Shown: one piece after another, positions 31,386-54,918 of the stretch | Position numbering within the stretch: the stretch's first letter is position 1 | Layout of the letters: every line of letters starts with the position of its first letter | DNA from: Flaccisagitta enflata | Taxonomy: Eukaryota | Reading direction: 5' to 3' | NCBI GenBank assembly: GCA_965153355.1 | Contig: OZ231126.1 | Span: 48,360,001 to 48,424,000 of the forward strand | DNA length: 64,000 nt | Translations under genes and position numbers: made by a program | The notes under the pieces: model-generated | Databases searched by the model: none | Told to the model about the DNA's origin: nothing | The model's input: only the letters and a program-made list of their open reading frames with translations

Positions 31386-33523
31386 TACCTCAAATCAGCA
31401 CTGTCAAGCCTCTTATCGACCCTCTCTATTATCAAATCAGCCCTTTCCAAAGACTTATAGACTAACTGACAGACCAATAGATGAACTGACATACATATAA
31501 TGACTTTTAAACTGATGTAAGGAGCGAAGAAGGCATCTAAAGTCAAAATAAGACTGTGAAAAAGGTGGTGGGAAAAATCGCCAAAATCACCATGATATTG
31601 CTCATGTTTGACAAGTCAAAACTCAGCCATTTCTTAACGGATTCACAAAAAATTTGTGACAGTTTGAAAGAGCTCTGGTCAGCCTTCTTAGTCCTCAATT
31701 CAGCCTTCTCAAACCTCGATTAAGCCTTATCATACCTCAGTTCAGCCCTTTTATACCTCAATTGACAATTCTGCCTTCCCAAGCTTCAAATCAGCACTGT
31801 CCAGCCTCTAATCAACCCTCTCTTTTATCAAATCAGCCCTTTCCAAAGGCCAACAGACTGACTGATAGACTACAATGATGAACTGACATACATAAAATGA
31901 CTTTCAAACAGATGTAAGGAGCGAAGGAGGTATCTAAAGTCAAAATAAGACTGAAAAAGATGGTGGGAAAATCGCTCCAAATCACCATGCTATTGCTCAT
32001 GTTTGACAAGTCAAATCTCAGCCATTTCTGAACGGATTCACAAAAAATTTGTGACAGTTTGAAAGAGCTTCAAAAATTCTTTAAAATGGGACCAATCTGG
32101 CAATTCTAGCTTAATTCGTTCAAAAGTTACAAGCAAAACAAGTAAATTGTTTCAAAAATGAGAAAAATTCCACAACCTGGAAAGTTGTCCACAATCCCCA
32201 TGAAATTGCTTATGTTTGACAAGTTATATCTCAGTTGTTTTTGAATGGATTTACAAAAAATCGGTGACGGTTGGAAAGATCTTGAAGAGATCTTTAAAAT
32301 GGGACCAATCTGGGATTTCAAGCTCGATTCGTTTAAAAGTTATAAGCAAAACAAGATTGATTGTCCAAAAAATGGGAAATTCAATGACCTGTACTTCATG
32401 AAAGTAAAAAATGTGAATATTTCAAAAAGCGCTCTGGGAAATTTTTTGCACTCATTTGCCATGGATTACACATGGGTTGGACCACCAGAAACCGTCATAA
32501 AAGTGGCAGTACTCCTAGTTTAAAGTACAAGGTGCCAATACAGAGTAGTGTCCGACTAATCAGAAATTTATCTGAGATAAAGGCTTTTAAATCCCCAAAA
32601 AATACGGCTGCCGTAATGATGAGCGTGGGGGCACGAGAATTGAGAAGTAAGTGGGGCTGTCCGCTCTTGGCACTGGGAGAAACTGAATGGCTCATGATTT
32701 TGGAGCGAGAGAGGAATTAAGGTAGGCGAGAGATTTCAAGAGAGGCTTTGAAATGGTAAGTCGGCAGATTTCAGGGGAAAATATGTAAGTTGGACAACAT
32801 TACTACCCAACAATATCTAAAATAAGGACAAGAGCCTTTGGAGCTCTTACTGGCGTTTAATCCGGACCCATCACAACTATCCTTTAAATTTCTGAAAAAA
32901 CATTCCCTCTTCAGAAATTATCATAGGATTTGTCAAAGGTTATGCAACATCTAGAAAAGGGTAACCAATTTCTTTCTATCCATGAGATATGCAGACCATA
33001 AGAAAACACTTAATAAATAAGGCGGCACGAAAGAGACCATATCCATCTGGGCACCTTCTTGTACTCCTCATATACCAAAGATAGCAAGAAACTGAAACTC
33101 TCGTCTTCCTGAAACAACCCTCTCAAAAATCCTATGACATATACACGCCTGATACCTACAAAATTTTTAGCTCAGTCCAGTCGTGATAGAGGGTTAAAAT
33201 TTGTTTGACGTTACTTTACAGCGTGTAATAGATCTCAACTGTCGACGCCGTCGTACCTCATCACAGAACTAAATATCGCTGTCAAGGTTAATTACAAGAT
33301 GAAATGGCCAATCTCGACATAGCAAAAGGCCTTAGTTTACTACTAAAGCGTAAATTGGCTTTGGGAGTCGGATATTTACTCGGTGTAGAGAAGTCTACGA
33401 TTTTTCCGATTTGTCTTTAAATTTCGTGACGCAGTAAAATAACAGTTGATGGCGGAAATGTTTATCTTGAGCCTCTTGAGTCACCGTGAAAACTAGACTG
33501 ACATAAATTTCTTTATTGACATA

Positions 33524-33691
33524 AACACAGGATTTTAACAGAGATTTTCTTAATCGAGGGCGGTTACGCGGCAACCATCAGTCACGGAAGGGTGGGCAGG
33601 GGCGGTGAACACAGGATTTTAACAGAGATTTTCTTAATCGAGGGCGGTTACGCGGCAACCATCAGTCACGGAAGGGTGGGCAGGGGCGGTG
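33524..33691. repeat. Perfect 84-bp tandem duplication
   Basis: ACACAGGATTTTAACAGAG...GGGGCGGTGA occurs at 33525 and again at 33609; it includes the head of a family-A element. Confidence 0.9.
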
Positions 33692-35482
33692 ATGTGAGCG
33701 GCCAGTCAACCACTTTGGCAGGAGCGGCGAGTCGAAAGAATTCGCTTTATCCACAACTGTAAGATAATGTGACCGACGGACAGACGGACGGACCGAAAAG
33801 TAGCCTATATAGTCTCGTGTCCACGACCAGGAAGACAAAAACAAGTCATCCAAGGATTGGACATGGTCAGCGGTGCCCGATGCCCTGCCTGAAGTAATCA
33901 GCTGAAATAGTGAAGAGAGAGCGGGGCAGCGGCCAAAAAGTAGGCCTGCAGGACACAGGGGTGAATTTCGTCCATTCAAGGTCAGATCTTAGGCTTGAGA
34001 GGGCAAATTTGAGATCTCATAGGGCCTATTTCAGACCAGGGAGAGCTGAATTCAAATCTTGGGGAGTACCGTATTGTTACAATTTTTGCAGAGCCTCATA
34101 AGCGTCTCCCCCTTTTTGCTCCCCAGAACGATGATGTGAAGTAAAATTTCGGAAAGTGGAAGCTTACTAGAGTCACCGCTGATAATCAGGGCTTATAAGG
34201 AATAAACACAGTAAAAGATTTTTACTTTGACATATAAAATCTTGCATTTTTATATCTAAAGAAGCATTCTTTGGAATGACATAAGTAAAACTTGCTTACA
34301 TTCAAAAGGGGGTCAAATTGGAGGGTGAAATGACAATATATTTTTTCAATTTCAAAAGACCGGGGCTCTAATTCAAGAAAAAATACGGTTTATGGCCGAA
34401 GAACTGATTTCACCAAAATGCTGATTGAGGTCAGGAGAAACTTAACCTTTAAAGGCCAATTTTAGGGGTAAAACCAGATTTAGGCCTAAATAGACGTATG
34501 GACATGAGGAAATTCACCCCTGTGATCTACAAGACATCGGCCCTTTGGGGCCGCTGCCCAAAAAGGAGATATTCACCACAAGCCCTAAAATTCCCTCTTA
34601 TTATAATTAGATCTTTCCTTTGCTTTGTGAGCACTTGTCAGTGCGCTAGGGCATGTCCCGACCGCAATCCATTTCCTCCATCGACTGTCAACACGGATGT
34701 AAATGTAACAGGAAAGGAATTTTATTTTCCCTCCGCCTTCGACGCAAAAAAAATTCAACAAGACTCGCCTGTCGTCAATCATCGCTCAGGACGTAAATCA
34801 TTCGAGGTCGGACTCATTTCACGTCATATACACAAAATGCCTTGTCGCTGTAAAGAACTACAGTTGAACCCCGCTCTAACAGACTCGCTACCAACGAAAT
34901 TCCGGCAACAAATGTCATTCATAATCCATAATTTTTATTCCTTTGATGTCAATCGTGATTTCCGCTTTAACAAAAAAAAATTTTTAGTCCCCTAAAATCC
35001 GTTAAAGCGGGGTCGCAACAATGTATTTAAAATGCCGTCGAAACATGAGTTTTTTCAAACTTTTTCGACATTTAACTTTTTTTCCATTTTTAGTGCAGAG
35101 GACTGCTAGTGTCTCGGCTCGCCCGCATAAGTATGAATTTCCAATGAACCCTGGAATAACGGGAAAGAGGAAAGGAGCTAGGAGTCTCATTGTAATTCTC
35201 GGAGCAGTGTCGGCACGCGAAAAGTTCGTGTCAACGGTCATTTAATTTTTGCTTTGCGCCGATGATACAGACCCCCTCACTTGGCCCTTAACATGAAATT
35301 TAAACAATTGAACTGTCGATCGTCCCTGTTGTCAACCTCGGCCTTGCTACCCCTGCCCTCGACATCACGTCTGACATTCGGTTACAAAAGTACTGAGAGA
35401 AGTCGGCCATCTTCTGTCCTTCATAGTTATAGTTTTTGTCAGGCAAGAGTAATCAGGCAAGAGTAATCAATCTCTCCCTTCC

Positions 35483-35869
35483 CACTATCCATTCAAACTA
35501 CCGCCAGGTGGTTTTGAGTAGTACTGTGGATTTTTTGCTTGTTTTCACTCTGGATGGACTTCCTGCACTAGGATCCAGCTTCTTTCATTTCCTTATGAAA
35601 ATATACTGTGTGACCTATGAAATGAAAGAAAATTTAATCAGGAATTCAAATATGCTATCTAAAAAGACCTTCTAATAACTCTATAAATTCTAAGTGCAGA
35701 GTAAGATGAAAAATTATCAATTTTGGATTTTTCTCAAAAAGCGCCGCAAGAAAGATTTCTTTGAAGCTGGATCCTAGTTCAGGAAGTTTATCCTGAGTGT
35801 AAAGTGTAAACAAGCAGAAAATCCAGAGTACTCCTCAAAACCACCTGGCGATAGTTTGAACGCATGGTG
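35483..35869. mobile_element. MITE with CAC...GTG termini and 4-bp TSD (Chapaev-like), just upstream of SPAG6
   Basis: ~100-bp imperfect TIRs (TTCAAACTA.CGCCAGGTGGTTTTGAG...CTAGGATCCAGCTTC) and TTCC on both flanks (35479-35482, 35870-35873). Confidence 0.85.
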
Positions 35870-35941
35870 TTCCCCAACATTTTACAATTCTTTAAGTCAA
35901 ACAATAACGGCCAGGATCCTTTTCTTTCCCCCATCTCAGCG

Positions 35942-47024
<11,083 letters not shown>

Positions 47025-47315
47025 CTTGACTTTGGATGATTTGGGGGCAAAGAGGAGCAAATTTTACGCATATTTTAACCTGTCCGGAAACTATTTATCT
47101 AGCATTTATCAAGATGCATTCTTTTTCGAATCTCCAAATTTCCACCTCGTACTAAGAAAGCGTTAACACTCGAGATTTTTTTTTTCTTTTTTTTTTAGCG
47201 AAAGGCGATGTGGGCGGGAAATTGATGATGCATGCGCATGATACGATTCTTCTTTTTCAACATTGACTTCTCATAAATAAATCCTCAAGACTATCGTTGT
47301 TCTTAGTTTCTAAAG

Positions 47316-50300
47316 TCACAATTGGTCGACGTAAGGGACGCACTCAAGACCGCCTTTGGCTCCCATCGACGGCGTTGAAGACAAGACTTTGGCAGCGACG
47401 GTTTTGACGTCGGCCACACTCACGGCATCGATCGCTTCGGCCACCTGATAACATTTGTGGAAATACAAAGTGCTTGTTATTAGGCAGTGAGGATAGTTGA
47501 GCCTTTAGGACTGTAAATTGACTTGGGACTTTCACCCGGTGGCGCCGCCCATGTGGTGGGTCGATTGGCTTTCATTAGAAGCCTACAAACCGCGCTCAAA
47601 AATCTTCCTGGTGATTCCCCAGGCTACAACAACAACAACCCGGTACACCTACGTTGATTGCAGAACAAGAGATGAGGAAATTGTACATACTACGCGAATA
47701 AAAAAGAAGCCGCACTTTTAAATGACAATTTATCATATCAAATTTCAAAATAAATAAAATCTTAGATTATTTAGAAGATCTAAAAGAGATCTTTCATTTG
47801 GCTTCAATCTGGTATTTCTTGCTTTATTCGTTTAGAAATGGCATAAAAAAGAGTGAAAACATTCCCTTTTTAGGGGCGACAAAGCACCTCTATAACTGGC
47901 TGTGTCCATTGGTTGGTTGGTCTGTCTGTAACGCATTCGTTCGACAATCCACACGTCGCACCTTATTGGCCTACTTGGCCTTGTTAGTTTTCCAATCCTA
48001 TTAAAAAAAAGAGTATTTGCAAAAAAGAGGTTCACTTTCACAAGCTCTATCTCCTAAACGGTTTGAGATCCAGACCTAGAGTTGGTCTAGAATGAAAGAA
48101 AATTCCAAAAATCTTTACAATCAGTTGAACAAAAAATTTTGAATTAATTTTTTATATTTCTTCCACTCAAATACAAAAGGGTGCGGCTTTTTTTTTATTC
48201 GCGTAGTATATTGATGGCTATTGATGCCCTGTGATTTTAAGGATATCGCCCAGAGCTCAGGGTTGTCCGTTCTTACCGTCAAAAGGTCCACTATTTTTTT
48301 GCTAAGAAGCGCTTGGACGGCCAAATCTTCAATGACGCACGCGCCATTTTCAGCTGCCATGTAGATGGACGTTTTCAACTGCTTTTTTCCGGCTTCAACC
48401 TCTGCAAAAAGATGGCAAAACAACCCGTGGTATTTGTACATGATCTCAGACCAAACGAGAAGACCAAGCAGAGCAGAGTGTTGATCATCAACAGTAAAGG
48501 AAAGACAATGACAGATCAGAAGTAGAACAGGGCCAAGTAGGCCAACGATGCATCCTCTATAAATGAACATTTTTCATTAATAAATGTGGTTTATGAATGA
48601 ATGAATGAACAAATAACTGAATGGTTAGATGATAGAGTGACTGAAAAAATACACTTGCACTGCTTTTTGGCTGAAAGAAATTCAGTTTTAGCGATTTAAA
48701 GGATTGCGTGACGGACAGACGGACAGGACCAATTTCAGCGATGCGAGCACACATCTTAAAAACAACAAGGCCGGATACACGGCAATCCAGTCGCGGACGG
48801 TTGGACAAGAGCAGTAATGCGAAAACCGCTCGGAATTCAAAAATATGACGGACGGACGGACCTACCGACCGACACGGCAAGGTGTAGAGTCGCGTGTCCG
48901 CGACTAAAAATAAAGTGACAACAACCGACAAAACCTAAAACTGCGAGGAAACAAATCCTCGACAGCAAAATTTCCTGATCATACCCTGGTCGGTGATGTT
49001 GCCGGCAGCCAAATCCTTTAAGGTATCGCTGATTACTTTCATGGCGTCGCCGGCCGCAGGAGCACCAGCCATCAAATGAACTCCAAACACACCTTTAAAA
49101 ATTAGAAGAATTGAGAAATCGGTAAGAGAAATTGCAACAAGGCCGGATACACGGCCAATACGTTGCCGCTGGCGGGTGGGCAGGGGCTCTAAGGCTCAGA
49201 AATCAACATTTCTGCAAATTTCGCGTCACCCATAATTTCGCGTTATCGACAGAAATGCAGACCTTAGCGACTAAAACAATCTGCGTCCGAACATCTGCCA
49301 GACGTACGGACAGTACGGACACAGATTGTTATAGTCCCTAAGCTAAAAATCCCAAATTATCATCCCATGTATACAGTCTTACAGACTTCCCCAACAATAG
49401 CTGCCTGCCTCTAAATCATAATTATCATACCATGGCAAATCGTTTCTACCTGAATCAGAATAATTGGCATTTAAGCATCCCGCCGAGACGGGAGACTTTA
49501 AGGATGCGGCCAGAGATTTCATGAGACGACCGCTGCCGACACCATACTTCACGGCAGGACCTGCGGTAAAGGAACAAACAGAACTCACTTAGGAAAAAAA
49601 ACGGAAGGATCGTCACAGACAGATTCCCTATCTTGCAATTGTAGACAATTACCAGCTCCGACGATTCTTTGAAGAACTCCCAACGTGAGAACGTCGGCGC
49701 CGTCAATACCGCAGCCTTGGAACAGGAGGGCGACGTTGGCAACGGAAGAGCCATCTTCTTCGCGAACTTCTTGTCCTTCATGGAAGACTGAAGCTGGCGA
49801 AGACCGACCTTCGCCCTCTGCAAACGCGATGACAACATGATGATTAATTTTTTGTCATTGATGTCCGACTGCTTTCACCCCCGGCCCCCTTTCCCCCACC
49901 CCACCTACGTGGAAAAGCGCAGATCAGGAAGGAATTTGAGAACGATGAACTGGCAGATCAATAAACTCACTCAGTGGTTTGATTTTGGAGCAGAGGTCGA
50001 CGAGTTCATCGTGGTCGACCCCCAGTCCCAAAACCGCCATTCGTGGAGCCGTGAAAGTTTCTGACACAAAGTCCTGTCAAAAATGGTACATCTAGAGGGT
50101 GACTGGGTCATAAAATAGGTCACCCACTTAATGCTGCCTCGCTGCAAATATAGGCTTAGTTTCTTTTTAGTACAACGTATAAAACGAAAATAAGACAAAA
50201 TTCAACTTTTCCTAAGCATCAATATCACCAGTGATTTTCTTATTCTCCGAAAAAAAGAGGGTGAACCGCTTCACCATTTTACCCGACCTTATGCAAGGTG

Positions 50301-52228
50301 GAGTTTACTCAACATGTCACATGGCTTACAGCAGGAAATTTACCTGTAACAAATCTGAGTTGAGTTTTTTCAAAGCATAAGTGGGGCAAAATATGGATCT
50401 TCCAAGACCCGTCCTGAAAGCCGCTTTGTGAGCCAGCTCAATGGCCAACTTATGTGGCTCTCCGGCGGCCATAGTCATTTCGGTTTTCAAATGACGTGGT
50501 AAAGCTGATTCCACCTCCCAAGGCTGAAAAAAGATGTGTCAGATCAGAAAGCTTCCATGAGTTGATCATAGCTCACACGGTTTCGCCAGCAAAAAAATGC
50601 AAATCAGAGGTTTTCACCACTTGGCACTCATCATCGAACTGACAATAACTGATTTGTTAAGATCTTTTGTCTTCGACAATTTTTGGACTGACGAAAAACT
50701 GAAGAAATTCCCCCGCCAGTATTCTGATTAGGCATCGGAGTAATAACTAACTACGTACCTTGAACGCATGTTTCGTGCCAATTTGGTCGAGGACGTCGAT
50801 CCCCATGGCCAATTTATTACGAAGGATGTCGACGCCATAAAGCGTAGCTTCACGAGTCGAAGTCACATGAGAATTCGCGCCATTAACGTCCAGAGTACGA
50901 CTAATTCCAAAGCTTGTTGCATCTTTGGTGCTGCATTCGGCAAATGGAATGATGGAATTACATGAAGATGGAATGCCCATTTTTCAATGCGGCAAAGCAC
51001 GTCTATTAGATCTGGCTCTGTCGAAAGTTAGGTAAGTCAGCCAGTTGGGATGCTTCTGCAGCTACATCCTGCAGACGCTAGGCGATCTACCCGGAGCAAG
51101 TGCCATCCAACCGGACCTACTGGACCACAGCTAAAAACGACTCATTTTCAGTTGCGGACGCGCAACTCTATAAGAGGCTTTGTCCGTCCGTCCGTCCGCC
51201 CGTCCATTGGTCCGTCATGGTAATCGAGTTAAAAATTGCAAAAACCCGCATTTTCGAAAGCTCCTGTTGTGAGCCTGTCTGTGTTTGAGAGTGTGTGTGG
51301 GGTGGGGGAGGTTAAGGCTGATGGTTGGATGCCCCTGCCCATCCGTCCGCAACGATACTGACCCCGTGTCACTTGTTCTATCTTAGCTTCACTAATTTTA
51401 AATTTTATAACTAGCAGGTACACAAATTATGACTCACCTGAGATATCCTAGAGCCCTAAGAGCATGTCCTGCGCCTTGTTCGTGAGCCGCTTCAAACCTT
51501 GACCCTGAATTGACAGCTAAGATGACACGAGAAACAGGGGCGTAATTGTCCAAGGAGGCGACGAGAAGACCGCGTCTTGTCCGCGTCAGACTTAAATCAA
51601 GAGTGAAGCCTTCCGTCAAACCGAATTCCTGAAAATGATGAGGTGAAACTTTACTTAGTGAGTACACTGAATGAAAGGCTTCAATGTAAGAGTAAAGTAA
51701 TTCACATGATTTCAAATTGGAATTTACTTTAGTTTACTCCAGTTTTAAAGACCACCAAAATATCAATCCGACGAAAGTTACTTTTAGTACTGTATTTTTG
51801 ATATCATAATAAAATTCAAAAATGAAAGTAAAAGCATCAGATCAGATGCTCAGCGGTGCTTGTGCCCTGCTGAAGTAGTTAGTGATTAAGTTAAAAGAAT
51901 GCAGGGCAGTGGCCATAAAATGGTCGATGATCTAGGCTTTGACACATGATCTGAGGAAAATTCTCCTCCTAAAAGGAAGGGACGGAGGAAGAGAAAATTC
52001 CCCATGTGTGAAAGCATCTAGATCATCGACCCCTTCGAGGCCGCTGCCCAAAAGGAAGACAAATGGACGATTAGAGAAACAACGATAGTATCGCGTGTCT
52101 CATTAGGGGATGCATTTTCTTCTTGAACCGACCTTTCCGTGACTTCCAACTTCTTGTGGCAATGTAACTGTTGATCTGTAACGTTTAGCCGCTGCCGACA
52201 ATGGCCGCCCGATTTTCTGAAGCACCAT
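47316..52228 (-). CDS. UQCRC2: Cytochrome b-c1 complex subunit 2 (core protein II, M16 peptidase-like), with an N-terminal mitochondrial presequence
   Basis: Exons 52228-52133, 51628-51438, 50930-50759, 50523-50344, 50073-49971, 49817-49653, 49560-49450, 49092-48985, 48401-48277 and 47444-47316; all introns GT-AG; 1380 nt (459 aa). Motifs: GLLVASLDNYAPVSR, SGSRFE, TSTRE, FKPWEV, AHKAAFRTGLGRSIFCP, FTAPRMAVLGLGVDH, GAGPAVKYG, NANYSDSGVFG, VPYVDQL*. Confidence 0.95.
47690..48206. mobile_element. Tc1/mariner-type MITE in the last UQCRC2 intron, with a nested short HINE-like copy
   Basis: TA|CTACGCGAATAAAAAA.AAGCCGCAC...GTGCGGCTTTTTTTTTATTCGCGTAG|TA. Nested copy at ~47865-47985 ends in GGCCTTGTT. 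Confidence 0.85.
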
Positions 52229-53105
52229 TGCCCTTGCGCAGATATTCTGAACGATAGTAAAGAGATTACATTACTTCATGGTAAAGGTAAACGAGGTACC
52301 AGACTACCAGTACATCGGGAGTATATCAATCCGACCACGACGTCCTCGTCCCGCCGTATCTCCTAAAACTTCTTAGCTTACAGTTACACTATTGGGAACA
52401 CCCATTTAATCAGAGTTGAAGCGCTAGAAAGAGTGCCCTCTACAGAGTATACAGACAGTTCAAAGATATATCATATTAGCAAGATTGCTTTATTACGAGA
52501 TTACATAACAGGATGAGCAGGAAATTTGTAATTACCTATACAAAGTCGTGCCAAATTTCCTGCTCACCCTGTTATTATTTGCATGTGTTGCGGACTCGCT
52601 GACCCACGGACGGGGGGGGGGGTGAAAAAAGTAAAAAGGGGAGCGATCAAACAACCGACCGACCAACCAACCAATCGACGGACCGACATAGCAGGCGCAG
52701 GGTGTAAAATAGCGTAGCACGTGGCAAAAAAAAAAAAGAAACTCGACGTCAATATAGGTTGTTTTTTAGCGCGGTTTTTAACGGTTGCGTGACGGACGGC
52801 CGACGGACAGGCATGGCTTTTTACTCATCTGCAAGGACGAACTAAGAGAAGAAGACTGAGCTAATCTTCAGAATGACGCGTCGAAAAAGAACAGGACGGA
52901 CGGAAGAGCGAACGAACGAACTTGACTGTTGTTGTTGTTGTTTTGGTTGTAGTTATTATAGTTGATCTTATTTAAGCTCTCTCATTGCATCAACAGCGAC
53001 CGGGGAATGACAAAACAGGACGGACGGAAGGACGAGCTTGACTGTTGTAGTTTCGTTGTCGTTGTTGTTGTCGTTGTGGTTAGTTGTTGTTGACCTTGAT
53101 TAGCG

Positions 53106-53165
<60 letters not shown>

Positions 53166-53204
53166 CTCTCTCTGCATCAACAGTGACCGGGCAATGATCC
53201 TCGT

Positions 53205-53305
53205 AGCCAATGAGATCGCTTGATACCTACTCTATGGACCAATAAAAGGGCTTGTTCGACATATGTGCTCCTGCACAGATTGACGCATTGAATAAGTGAC
53301 GCAGC
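53205..53305 (+). promoter_or_regulatory. Putative proximal promoter of the V-ATPase c gene (possibly shared with UQCRC2)
   Basis: Two CCAAT boxes 32 bp apart (53207, 53239) and two TGACGCA CRE-like sites (53281, 53297), 180-280 bp upstream of the ATG in the divergent intergenic region. Confidence 0.5.
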
Positions 53306-53481
53306 TCAGTCTTGTGATGCTGTATAGCTAACACAGTTGCCGGACTTAAATTTGACTTCGTCGTGCTCGGATTTTGCAGCTCACCGAAATATTCTGCCAA
53401 AACTGAACTACTGACCCCGGGAATAAAGACGGTCGCTTAAAAAACATTGCCGCTCGCACGCCACGCCTCAACGCTTCAACC

Positions 53482-54833
53482 ATGGCCGAAACGGAGATCT
53501 ACTCATACTTTTTCGGCTCGATGGGCGCCACGGCCGCGATGGTTTTTAGCGCCCTCGGAGCGGCTTACGGAACAGGTGCGTATACCAAACTACACTGTAT
53601 ATTAGTTATTAGACTCATTTTTCTCCGAGGTCTTTTAAGCTAGAAAACATATCACCCCACCAAAAGATTGCAAATTTCATGCTGAATCCAACTGTGCCCG
53701 TTTTGACCACTTTTTCGAAGATCTTGGCTCGATTTTTTTTACTTCAAAGTGCCACGTGCGTCAAATAGCGTTAAAATAGCATTTTCCATCAAAAATAATA
53801 GGAAGATTGCCCTTAGATAAGCTTTCCCCGTTTATATTTAGCAAATAACGGCCTCAGACAGATATCCCATTTAGCAACAATAAATTTTTGATAAAGCAGT
53901 TGCCGGAAATGACCGGTAACTGCCGGAAGTGACCGGAAATACCGGAAGTGGACGAAAATGGTTCATAGGCACGAAAAATTTGAGAAAGAACAGTTGCAAT
54001 TAGTTTGTAAATTACAATCTCTAACCACAAGCAATAATCCTCCATACAATCCATGAAAAAACTTAAACAGCACAATGGCGCATATCGTATTTTGATGAAA
54101 TTCTTAAATGAAAGAGAATTGGGAATTGCACACATTGGACAATCATAGGGCGTGACAACAACAAACGCGCTTTCCCGTTGATCGCGATTTCAGCATCAAC
54201 GCATTTTCATGAATTTCAGCTGTCCCAAGAGGTAGTGAGCGAAATGAGTGAGCAAGCCTATAAACAGAGCGAGCAATTGAAGCAGGCACAGCGAAGCGAA
54301 AAAAAGTGAGCGGTGCAAGCGAACATAGCGAGCGACCGAGTGGCCCGTTCAAAACGCAATTGTTATGAGTAGAAGCAGACCCATATAGAGGTCCCCGTCA
54401 TGCGGACTCGGAGGTTTGCCCAGGGGGGCCAAATTATAACTCAGGCCTGTATATTGTTCTACATTCCCCCCCCCCCCCCACACGGGGGGGAAAATAAAGG
54501 GTTTGGAGTTGGGGGAAAAATGAAAGAGGGAAAAAGAGAAAAAAAAAGAAAATTTGGGGAGAATAAAACTTTTGGCAGTACCAAATCATATTTGGGATAT
54601 GTTTTTTTCTTGAGTAATTGAAAAATTACATCAGCGGCGTCAGTTGTATATCATGACAGGTTACCAAATGATCATGTGCGATGTATTGCGCGTGAAAATG
54701 TAAAACGATCCTCATGCACTTAAAAAGCAAGCTATCTACATCCAGTGGAACCAAAGAGTTTTATAAAGCGCAAGATTTTGAATTCGAGCTGATATGATTC
54801 TTGAAAAAAAACTTGGTTTCAATGGAAGTTCAC

Positions 54834-54918
<85 letters not shown>

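Larger units (their letters stand above)
26966..32550. mobile_element. 5.6-kb non-coding foldback DNA transposon, CACTA...TAGTG termini, 4-bp TSD (Chapaev/CMC-like)
   Basis: The left arm from 26966 is the reverse complement of the right arm ending at 32550; mirrored ORFs 26993-27301(-) and 32245-32523(+) share near-identical text. TCCG flanks both ends (26962-26965, 32551-32554). Arm homology extends inward to ~29180 and ~29995. Confidence 0.85.
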
